A DNA stretch of 64,000 bases from Azolla caroliniana. Taxonomy: Eukaryota > Plantae > Polypodiophyta. This document shows positions 1-9,324 of the stretch, piece by piece. The DNA lies in NCBI GenBank assembly GCA_043228905.1, contig JBHGNT010000021.1:8928001-8992000 (forward strand). Direction: 5' to 3'. The number at the start of each line of letters is the position of its first letter. Position 1 is the first letter of the stretch. The notes under the pieces were generated by a model. The model ran no database searches, had not been told where the DNA came from, and saw only the letters and a list, made by a program, of their open reading frames with translations. A program made the position numbers and the translations under genes.

Positions 1-15
1 AAATATATATATTCA

Positions 16-180
16 TATATTTATTCATCTAGTCACCGGACGCCGGTTCGTCGGATACCGTCGCCGGTTGTTGCAGGATATCGGTGCCGCCGTCGGTTAT
101 ATTTATTCATCTAGTCACCGGACGCCGGTTCGTCGGATACCGTCGCCGGTTGTTGCAGGATACCGGTGCCGCCGTCGGTT
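16..180. repeat. Tandem duplication, 82-bp unit x2
   Basis: TTATTCATCTAGTCACCGGACGCCGGTTCGTCGGATACCG... occurs at 21 and again at 103, nearly identical. Confidence 0.9.
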
Positions 181-243
181 ACCGGTCCGGTTTTGGTTGG
201 CCAAAACCATTTACGAGTAGCTAGCCCACCTCCACTCTTAGTT

Positions 244-1120
244 CAAGTTACCTTGAACTCTCTATGCTCCACACATAGACACAAAGATAATATCTTTTGC
301 TCTACCTTATATATGATGAGAGCCGTATTTGTCGTGCCTATGTGGGATATCTCACAATTTTCTCTTTTCCTTTCACAAACTTTATACCCTCATATCTTGA
401 CATTTAGTTGTCCGTTTCTTGTGTAATAAAGTGCATTCGAAACCTCCATCATTTTGTACTTAGATATTAAATTTATTTAAAATGTTATCTTCACAATTAT
501 TGTATTATGTGATTCATACTCGATTTCGTACGTTTTATGGGATTTTCACACTATTGCCGAAAATCTTCACGACACCGTATGTGTGTCGCAACCGAACCGT
601 AGACGTGTCCGCGCGCAAAAGTCCTGACCGTGTAGTGTACGCATCCACGCATGCGCACGTCTCAACCGCGCCGTAGTGTACGCATCCACACATGCGCGCA
701 TCCCGACCACTCCGTGTACGCATCCACGCACTCGTCCGCACACACGCGTCCATCCGAAACATCCACGCGTACGCTCAAAACTTGCACACGCGCGTACATC
801 CGAAGACGTCCATGCGCGCGTACATTTGAAAACGTCCATGCGGCCATGCACACGTGCATACACCCAAAGCGTTAAACACAATCGTGCATATGCGCGTACA
901 CCCAAAGCGTGCGCACCACACAATGTAGCCCAAGTCACCTTGAACATCCTGTGCTCCACACGTTGATCGAATGAATATATTTTGGTTTCCCTTATATATC
1001 CTGGGTTCCAATGTTGTCCTATCTATGTGGGATATCTCAAAGTTTTGTCTTTTCTTTCTTCTTCTTCAAACTTTACACCCACATAACTTGATACTTGTTT
1101 ATCCGTTTCATGCGTAGTAA
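244..1120. repeat. Diverged ~190-bp direct repeats (244-430, 931-1120) enclosing a purine/pyrimidine-alternating minisatellite (~580-930)
   Basis: CAAGTYACCTTGAAC...TGCTCCACA...CTATGTGGGATATCTCA...CAAACTTTAYACCC is shared by both copies; GTGTACGCATCCA recurs at ~636, ~676 and ~715. Confidence 0.7.
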
Positions 1121-1142
1121 AATACGCTATGAAGCTCTTGAA

Positions 1143-1300
1143 GACATTTATCTATATGAATACATTAAGCTAATCTTAAATAATTGTTTTACTAGTTTTC
1201 ATATCATGTGTGAAAAACACACGACATTTATCTATATGAATACATTAAGCTAATCTTAAATAATTGTTTTACTAAGTTTCATATCGTGTGTGAAAAACCA
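1143..1300. repeat. Tandem duplication, 80-bp unit x2
   Basis: GACATTTATCTATATGAATACATTAAGCTAATCTTAAATAATTGTTTTACTA at 1143 and 1223. Confidence 0.9.
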
Positions 1301-1499
1301 TACGACAATGGTCGTAATCACATTGTATCTTGGACAAACTAGATTTAGGACAATTCTGTAAATATGTCAAAGGGTACTTGCCCTAGCCTAGTCAGTATAT
1401 AAGGGACTTTGTAACCTAGTTTGTTGTTGTTGCTATTGTTAGAGAGTTGCCGCCACCATTGCAATAACCAATTTCTCTCTCTCTCTCTCTCTCTCTCTA

Positions 1500-1955
1500 T
1501 GTTATGGGCATGACCATATAATATCCCGTGGTGAGAATTTACCGTAGTATTCTATACACGTGGATAAGTTTGAGGGTTAAACGAGAAAGTAAAGAAGGGG
1601 AGGATTACTTTTAATCCTTGGGATTGAGACAACCCATTAGGCCAAGTGTGAACTTGCCTGGGGCCCTTGGGTATTGCTATAAATAAGAGACCTAGCTACC
1701 CTCATTTCATCTTTCTTTTGGCTACATCGAGACTTTGTTCTTGTGGTGGGTCAACTCTTGTAGCGAGTGCGCCAGCACCAGGTACGACTCGACACCACAA
1801 AGGTGGTATGGGACGCCGATCGAGGCTCGAGTCCGTCTCGATCCCTTCACTTGGGGGTGGTCGGGTGGATCAACAACCTTCTTTCTCTCTTTCCTCTCTA
1901 TCTAGATCTATCATTTATCCTTATCCTTTGCTTACATTAGTACATATCTCTAATA
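1500..1955 (+). repeat. 5' LTR of host chromovirus
   Basis: TGTTATGGGCATGACCATATAATATCCCGTGG...CTCTAATA aligns end to end with 36760-37207; TATA-like GCTATAAATAAG at ~1676. Confidence 0.88.
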
Positions 1956-1957
1956 GT

Positions 1958-1969
1958 TGGTATCCGAGC
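1958..1969 (+). promoter_or_regulatory. Primer binding site, initiator tRNA-Met (1 mismatch)
   Basis: TGGTATCCGAGC versus canonical TGGTATCAGAGC, 2 nt after the LTR end. Confidence 0.85.
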
Positions 1970-2397
1970 TCATGTTCTAATGTTTCTTTTGTTATCTTTG
2001 GTGTTCTTGATTGATGGTGATCGATTGATGTGCGGTTGGCCTTGATCCAATTAACGATCAACAAAGAACTTCGGTAACTCTTTCCTTAATTTTTTTTTTC
2101 TATTTTTTCTTCTCCCATCTAATCATGTATATAGTCTATATGTAATTTTTTTCATTAATTCAATGATGTTGTAGTGGCAATTAATTGGTTGTATAAAATG
2201 TTTACATATGTGTATGAGGTTAATACCTCATTTGACATATATTGAATATGTGATTAATGTCATATGCGCACGAGGTTAATACCTCAATTGCATTTTACGC
2301 TCACATACATATGTTACGTTGTCGTAGTGTATTTCGTACACTACGTGAAAAAGTAAAAATAATATAACCGATTTAATTACATATAAATAAATAAAAT

Positions 2398-2493
2398 AAA
2401 AATATCAAGATATTTATCACGTGCATAGGGCAAGATTCGAACCCTGTACCTCCACGTAGCTAAACCTCAACTTTACCATTATGCTACCTTATC
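2398..2493 (-). promoter_or_regulatory. tRNA-type RNA polymerase III A-box/B-box module inside the element A LTR (second copy ~5315-5410)
   Basis: Minus strand TAGCATAATGG (2486-2476), GGTTCGAATC (2443-2434) at tRNA spacing, then a T5 run at 2402-2398. Confidence 0.6.
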
Positions 2494-3189
2494 TTTAGTG
2501 TTCTACAAATAGATTTAATAACTATAAGTGGTTTATTTGCACCTACCTTTATTAAAAGGTAAATCGTGCATTTTTAGAGTGCGTGAATATTTTATAGAAA
2601 AACGCAAGCAACTAAAAAGTGACTCATGCACATCTAGCGTGCATGAGCACTATATTTAGCAAATAAAAGCAAGGATTAGAAAAGCATCACATGCACATTT
2701 AGTGTGCATGAACATATTAGAAAAAAAAAGCATGTAGCTATGCTTAGTCTCTCCCATCACTACATAAGGATGGGGAGCACAATGTAATAGGGGTGTGAAA
2801 TATTTGGGAAATTGGATATATTTCCTAAAACACCAATTAATAAAATATACTCGTGGGATTCACGAAGTTTAAGATAATCTATCTCTTTCAATCTAAATTC
2901 ATATTCTTACATAAATATTGATTAATGTAATACTTGTGGGATTCACAAGGTTTGATCTCTTTTCTCAATCTACTCTAATCTATTCTAAATTATTTCAATT
3001 TATTACTACGATTTAGATAAACTAAAACAATTATACTTGTGGGATTCACAAGTTTCTATATCTCTTTCTTATAATCTATTCATATTCATAACTAGATTAG
3101 CCTCAAATTCTTCCTCCTCCTAGTCCAAAACCCCAGTGGTTCCCACCCGACTCACGCAAACGATCCGGAGCCGAAAGGCACGACACAGT

Positions 3190-3207
3190 TGGTGAACCCG
3201 ACGTGAA
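3190..3207 (+). promoter_or_regulatory. Primer binding site complementary to tRNA-Trp (same at 7102-7119 and 51268-51285)
   Basis: TGGTGAACCCGACGTGAA is the reverse complement of the plant cytosolic tRNA-Trp 3' end (...TTCACGTCGGGTTCA-CCA), recalled from memory. Confidence 0.85.
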
Positions 3208-3223
3208 GGCGGGTGGCAAGGAG

Positions 3224-5284
3224 ATGGAGAATCAACAAGAGGCAATGAGTATAACAATGATGATGATGTTCGAGCGGATGCTACAAGAACAACGAGTGAT
3301 GTCGGAGATCACGGGGGCAGTAAAGCGGCTCATATAACGAAACGGACAATTCAACGGAAACGATGTGTCACGCTATCTACGTGACTACAAGGCGGAGATG
3401 ATACGATGTGGGATATCGGAAGGATTGCAAGTGACATCCTTCAATCGGGTGGCCACGGATGAGCTACAAGAGAGAATCCACAAGATACAGCAACAAAACT
3501 CGACATGGGGGTCATTTGAAGAAGCTTTACGAGAGGCATATGATTACAAGAGATCAAAGGGACAAGATCGGCAAAAATTCGACGAATGGGTGGCATCGGA
3601 GAAGACCCACCGAAGTGCAACACAAGCATTCCTAGAGTTCGAGCATCGTCTTGCTCAACTCTCGGAGCGGGAACAACGATTGGTGGGAGAAGATAAAGTC
3701 CTAATGTTCGTAAGATCGATCGATCGAAAAGAAAGGATGGACATCGGGATCAAACTCGAAGACGATGACGGTACGAATGGTCTTACTGAAGATTGGGCCG
3801 AAGTCCAAAGGGTATGCCGGAGACATGATGAGAGGAAGATGAGAATCTTGTCAACGACATGGCCGATGAAGGATGGTCGATTGAAGACAAACGATGGAGC
3901 TGATATGAAGGCCGAAATACAACATGATGGTGCGACGGAAGAGGGTGTAAAACAAGCTACCCTCTTGTCTTGCGAAAGAACAACGACGAAGGATAAGGCC
4001 GATAACCCAAGTGTAGAAGAAGATTTCAGAATACAAGTGTCCGAAACATCGGGTGAAAAAGGGGTAAGCATAATTGATGCAGTGAAAGAGAGCAAAGAGG
4101 ACTTGATTGAGGAGGTCGCCACGAAAGATGACATCGAATCGAAGGTGGCTATGGACGAATCAATGATGGATGGCCATATCGAGACTTCCCCACCACTGAT
4201 TCTAGAGACTCCGGCGGTTGCGTTCGAAAGGCAACGTGAGACCGAAGAGACGGAAGGTGGCGGAGAGAAAACAAAGGTCGAAGCCGACGCGTATGACGGA
4301 GAGATAGCCAAGAATATGGCTATGGGTGAAACAATGGAGGATGATAATACCGAGGATTCCTACCCACTAATTCTAGAGACTTCGGCGGTTGTGTCCGAGA
4401 ACCAACGTGAGACCGGAGAGACGGGAGGTGGCAGCAAGAAAGGTAAAGTCGGAAGCCGGTTCGGATGGAAGGTGATCCGGACGGGATTCCGATCCGAAAG
4501 AAAGCCGAACCGGGTAAAAGAGGATTCGACCAAAAGTCGACCCAAAAGAAAGCCGAACCGAAAGGAAGAAAATTCAACCGAAAGACGACACAAACGAAAG
4601 CCGAACCGGGCAAATGAGGATTCAGCCGAAAGACGACCCGAAAGAAAGCCGACCCGAAAAAGGGTCGACTCGGTCAAAACCGATCGACCGAGTCTGACTT
4701 GGCAGAACGCGAATATGGATGGAAGCCGACCTAGCCGAAAGCCAATCGGACGAGACCGATCCGGAAAGAAGCTAATCCGACTCAATCGGAGGTTGGACCG
4801 GTCGAGGCTGGTGAAAACGAGGAAAAGAAAGCCAACCGAAACCGAAACCGATAGATCGAAACTGGGCCGGAAGGAGACCGACTCAATCGAAACCGAACAA
4901 CCGATTCCGATTTGGCCGAATACGAATCCGATCGGAAGCCGATCAAACCGAAAGATGATCGGACAAGAGCGATCCGGAAAAAAGTCAAGGTTGATGAAGA
5001 CAAGAAAGAGGCCAGTAAAAGACACTACCACGAATGACAAGGGCCAAGAATATGACGAGAGAGAACAAAGAATATGGTGGATCGGATGGCGACAATGGTT
5101 CGGGTGGAAAGAATGGGTCTACTCAAAATGGAGAGACAAAGTTGACATAGCGGGACAAACAGAGGATGAAGGGGAGACAACGAGCATCGGCAACTTCGGC
5201 ACATACCGGAGGATGTGCGGGTTCGGAGGGGGCGAGTGTCGTAGTGTATTTCGTACATTACGTGAAAAAGTAAAAATAATATAA
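3224..5284 (+). pseudogene. gag: Gag-like ORF of element A: capsid-like N-terminus, acidic region, Arg/Lys-rich region, Trp-rich tail; one premature TAA near 3335
   Basis: ATG at 3224 is in frame with track ORF 3365-5284; GQFNGNDVSRYLRDYKAEM...GLTEDW aligns with element B GRFDGKDATKYLASYGAEM...GLTTDW; the ORF runs into the 3' LTR. Confidence 0.8.
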
Positions 5285-7141
5285 CCGATTTAATTACATA
5301 TAAATAAATAAAATAAGAATATCAAGATATTTATCACGTGCATAGGGCAAGATTCGAACCCTGTACCTCCACGTAGCTAAACCTCAACTTTACCATTGTG
5401 CTACCTTATCTTTAGTGTTCTACAAATAGATTTAATAACTATAAGTGGTTTATTTGCACCTACCTTTATTAAAAGGTAAATCGTGCATTTTTAGAGTGCG
5501 TGAATATTTTATAGAAAAACGCAAGCAACTAAAAAGTGACTCATGCACATCTAGCGTGCATGAGCACTATATTTAGCAAATAAAAGCAAGGATTAGAAAA
5601 GCATCACATGCACATTTAGTGTGCATGAACATATTAGAAAAAAAAAGCATGTAGCTATGCTTAGTCTCTCCCATCACTACATAAGGATGGGGAGCACAAT
5701 GTAATAGGGGTGTGAAATATTTGGGAAATTGGATATATTTCCTAAAACACCAATTAATAAAATATACTCGTGGGATTCACGAAGTTTAAGATAATCTATC
5801 TCTTTCAATCTAAATTCATATTCTTACATAAATATTGATTAATGTAATACTTGTGGGATTCACAAGGTTTGATCTCTTTTCTCAATCTACTCTAATCTAT
5901 TCTAAATTATTTCAATTTATTACTACGATTTAGATAAACTAAAACAATTATACTTGTGGGATTCACAAGTTTCTATATCTCTTTCTTATAATCTATTCAT
6001 ATTCATAACTAGATTAGCCTCAAATTCTTCCTCCTCCTAGTCCAAAACCCCAGTGGTTCCCACCCGACTCACGCAAACGATCCGGAGCTGAAAGGCACGA
6101 CAACGTATGCATATGAGGTCAATACCTCGATTTCGTTGTAAATGATATGCGTAAGAGGTCAATACCTCAATTGCTTATCACGATGAACCCTTACTTTTGG
6201 ATGTTTTGTGTGCGTAGATGGTATATGCCTCGATTACGTATCTTGATTACATCATTTTTGGCTATTTGATGTAACGATTTGTTTAATGTACACATATGTG
6301 GTCACGTTGTCGTGAAGAAAACCGTCCATAGGCGGAATCGGCGCACCAAGGCGTGGGAACCGGTTCTTCACGCGCGCACGCTCCAAGTAGTACATAGAAG
6401 CGAATTAGGAGGATAATCGGCAGGAACGGGCCCTAACTCAAGTGGAGACAAAGACCGCGCGAACAGTCTTTTCGGTCGCGCGCGCGAACTGTACGAGTCG
6501 GCGGCGTAACTACGCGGATGCGTGGAAAAACGGAGCGGATCCCTGTCCAAAAGGGACAGGGAATAAAGCTGACAGGACGGCCTGCTCGTCGGCCTATATA
6601 AGGAGCGGGAAAGAGCTGTTGCAGAGATATCTCGCGCAGAGAGGACGAAGTGCTGCCGGACCGTTTCTGGACGCTTCGCTCTCTGTTTCCTTCCTTCTTG
6701 AGCTCCATAGCTTTCCGTGCAGGGTTCCGAGGAGGCTCGCGCTGTTTTCGAGGAACGCCCGAGTGCTTCCGGCAGCACCTCCGACCAGCTACAGCCCTTT
6801 GAGCGTCGAAGTGAACAGGCATCGGCATCTGTTCGCCGGCCTGTTCGGTCGTAACCAACCTGTGCCCCGTCGAGGGTTGTAGTCGTGTTAGCCGTTTTTC
6901 TTAATATACACATTTAGCCATTCGCATCTGTCTGTGTCGGTGTCTGTTCGTGTTCTCCGTGCTGAAGGGCCGTGTCCCTGTGTACCCCCGGTCCTGCGTA
7001 GCCGGTTCTCTCTCTTTCCCCCTCCCTCGCTTGCTCTTTGGTTCGAGACCCCCGCGGTCCCGCCTCGATTCCACACGCACTTGCATAATATCCCGACATC
7101 TTGGTGAACCCGACGTGAAAGAGGCGGCAGAAGAGCAGAAG

Positions 7142-9268
7142 ATGAGGGGGTCGGATCTCGCAGAGGCCATGGCTTCGGCCGTGGATCGGATTGTAAACGC
7201 GCGCGAGAGCACCGGTGCCCTCGACAGAGCTATTGAGGCGGTCGTCGGTACGATCGGCCGGTTCGATGGGAAGGATGCCACGAAGTATTTGGCGTCCTAC
7301 GGTGCAGAGATGCTGATGCGGGACATTCCGGAAGGAAGGCGTCTTGCCGGATTTCCCCGAGTGGCGATGCCGAGCATCCATGCGGAGGTGCTCGAGGTGC
7401 GGGCGGAGAGCCGTACCTGGGAGGAGTTCGAAGGTCGGCTCCTAGAGAAATACGGGCTGGACGACGCGCTCCGGCTTTCGAAGCGAAGGTTCATGGAATG
7501 GGTGGAGTCCCCGGGGAAGGGAAGAAACGCGTCGGCACTCCTCCGGGAGTTCGAGGAAAACTTTGCGCGCCTTTCGGCGCTCGACCGAACCATCCTGGAC
7601 ACGAGCCGGGTCTTGCTGTTTGTCAAGTCGGTCGACGAGCGGGATCGGGAGCAAGTGGGCCTCTTGCTGGAAACCGAAGACGGGCTCACTACCGACTGGG
7701 CGGCTGTCAAGAAGGTCTGTGGCCGTTTCGACAAACGGCGAGAATGGGCGGATAACGGGGTAACCGGGTCGGGCTCGGTCGCAGCAAGGAAGTTCGAACC
7801 AGCGCCACAGGTGCGAAAGGAAGAGACCCGAGAGTGGTTGGAAACCGGTTCGGCTTCGACCGGCGTAGTCAGAGGCTCAACCGGAGGAGCGGCGCTGGAG
7901 GAATTGACGAGGGCGGTAAAGGACCTCCAAATCGCGCAAGCCCGAAGGGAAGGTGGCGAACCGGCTCGTGACCGACGGCTGGCGGCAGGAAACAGGTGCA
8001 TGTGGTGCGATGAAGTCGGCCACATTCGGAAGGACTGCGGCGACTTCGCGGAGGCGCTGAGGGACAGGGTGGTGTACCTGTGGGAAGGACGGGTGCATGC
8101 CAGCGACACCCGAAGGACCCTGAGCCGAAACGTCGGAAAAGGTGGTATGAAAAGGTTGATGGAAGAGGCGGCGGCCCGACACGCGGAAACCGTCCACTAC
8201 TCGGCGTCGGCCGGCATTCGAGTCGGGGGCGGCGAGGCCCGAAGGGAAAGCAAAGCCGGATTCTGGCCGACGATGCTGGAAGGCCTTGCCGGTGCAAGGC
8301 TTAAAGGGGAGGAATCGGACCGTGCGGAGAAACGGGTACGGGAGATGACCGGGTGGAGCGACCCGGTCGAGGAACGGACGGGCTTCGTGGAAGCCGCTTG
8401 CCAGAACTACGAGGCTCTGGTAGAAGAGAAGCGGGTGGGGAAACCCGGGACGACCGGGCCCTCACAACGATACGAGACCCGGTCCGGGCCACGACGGGAC
8501 GAATCCGGCGGGGCCGGCACGCAAGATAAACCCCAGAAGGGCGGGTACCGTCTGGGGACGGAGATAGAAAGGACCACGGACTTACGGAAGGTTCTGGAGG
8601 AACGGATCCTCGACAGCAAGGTGGAGTTGTCGTTACGAGAGGTGCTGGGAATCGCCAAGAAGGAGTTCCACGACTCCATCGTGGACTTGGTGAAACGGAA
8701 GAGGCTGTCGACGGAGACAGAACCGGAAAGACCGGTGGAAGTGCGGACGACGCACCTAGACGACATGGCGCTGGGAGACGAGTGGGCGGAAAGCCACTAT
8801 TCGAGGCCACACTGGGCCCGAGCGACCACGGAAACCCCGGTGAAGATCGGCGATGTCCAGGAACCGGTGACAGCTTTGGTGGACCACGGATCGGAGATCA
8901 ATTTGATGTCCATGGACTTCTATAAGAAGGGCAAATGGCCGATCAACACCAAGCACGGGTGGAAAATAAGGGCAGCAACGCGCGCCACCGAGGAACTGCA
9001 CGGGGCCTGTCCGAATGTGCGAGTCAAGATTGGCGACGTCGAGATTGACCAGCACTTCTTCGTGCAGGAGACGTCTTCGCATCCAGTCATTCTGGGAGAG
9101 CCGTACATCACGGCGGCGCGAATGGAGACCAAAGTGCTGGACAATGGTTCGGCCTACGCGAGAGTCAAAAGCCAAGACGGGCGCCATTCGGTCCAGTTTC
9201 TGACGGTAAGGCCGAACCACGAACGTAACCGCGATTCCCTCGGTTCCGAAACCCGAGAGGATTTTTAG
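7142..9268 (+). CDS. gag: Gag-protease polyprotein of element B
   Basis: First ATG after the PBS; zinc knuckle CMWCDEVGHIRKDC; aspartic protease motifs ALVDHGSEINLM and VILGEPY. Confidence 0.92.
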   Translation: MRGSDLAEAMASAVDRIVNARESTGALDRAIEAVVGTIGRFDGKDATKYLASYGAEMLMRDIPEGRRLAGFPRVAMPSIHAEVLEVRAESRTWEEFEGRLLEKYGLDDALRLSKRRFMEWVESPGKGRNASALLREFEENFARLSALDRTILDTSRVLLFVKSVDERDREQVGLLLETEDGLTTDWAAVKKVCGRFDKRREWADNGVTGSGSVAARKFEPAPQVRKEETREWLETGSASTGVVRGSTGGAALEELTRAVKDLQIAQARREGGEPARDRRLAAGNRCMWCDEVGHIRKDCGDFAEALRDRVVYLWEGRVHASDTRRTLSRNVGKGGMKRLMEEAAARHAETVHYSASAGIRVGGGEARRESKAGFWPTMLEGLAGARLKGEESDRAEKRVREMTGWSDPVEERTGFVEAACQNYEALVEEKRVGKPGTTGPSQRYETRSGPRRDESGGAGTQDKPQKGGYRLGTEIERTTDLRKVLEERILDSKVELSLREVLGIAKKEFHDSIVDLVKRKRLSTETEPERPVEVRTTHLDDMALGDEWAESHYSRPHWARATTETPVKIGDVQEPVTALVDHGSEINLMSMDFYKKGKWPINTKHGWKIRAATRATEELHGACPNVRVKIGDVEIDQHFFVQETSSHPVILGEPYITAARMETKVLDNGSAYARVKSQDGRHSVQFLTVRPNHERNRDSLGSETREDF

Positions 9269-9324
9269 AGAGGACTGCCAAGGCGTGGGGCCGCGACAGT
9301 CCGGATGCTCCGGGAAAACCCCAC
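9259..9324 (+). promoter_or_regulatory. Predicted -1 ribosomal frameshift signal (slippery G_GAT_TTT plus H-type pseudoknot)
   Basis: Heptamer 9259-9265 directly before the ORF1 TAG; 6-nt spacer; stem 1 GGACTG 9272-9277/CAGTCC 9297-9302; stem 2 GTGGGG 9285-9290/CCCCAC 9319-9324; pol is in the -1 frame. Confidence 0.75.

Larger units (their letters stand above)
2320..6102 (+). mobile_element. Element A: non-autonomous gag-only (TR-GAG-like) Ty3 LTR retrotransposon, tRNA-Trp primed
   Basis: 866-bp LTRs 2320-3185 and 5237-6102 (TGTCG...CGACA, ~4 differences); PBS 3190-3207; PPT GGAGGGGGCGAG 5225-5236; 4-bp TSD ACGT (2316-2319, 6103-6106); no PR, RT or INT. Confidence 0.95.
2216..6235. repeat. 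Array of short palindromic repeats GAGGT-YAAT-ACCTC in the host-element leader, split by element A
   Basis: Copies at 2216, 2272, 6115 and 6155, plus a degenerate one near 6217; spacers differ in sequence. Confidence 0.75.

Noticed and set aside
535-1011. Overlapping Cys/Arg/His-rich ORFs
   Set aside because: Artefact of the RY-alternating repeat, which lacks stop codons.
1300-1499. Outer LTR continuing at 37208-37253 (TATA box, CT tract)
   Set aside because: Plausible, but I could not identify termini, PBS or TSD.
2398-2493. Functional tRNA gene
   Set aside because: A and B boxes are present but I could not build acceptor or anticodon stems; reported only as a promoter-like module.
3655-5040. 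Antisense ORFs opposite gag/pol (also 7297-8109, 9165-9974, 12169-12906, 51680-53094)
   Set aside because: Shadow frames of coding or low-complexity sequence; the hydrophobic look comes from the purine-rich sense strand, with no support for env or accessory genes.
2216-6235. CRISPR array (palindromic repeats with unique spacers)
   Set aside because: The core is only 14 bp, copies are few and degenerate, spacing is irregular, there are no cas genes and the context is a eukaryotic retrotransposon.
6368-6913. ORFs within LTRs (also 12879-13424, 38354-39112, 43143-43673, 22334-22786, 25882-26458)
   Set aside because: Chance ORFs in GC-rich or tandem-repeat LTR sequence with no recognisable domains.
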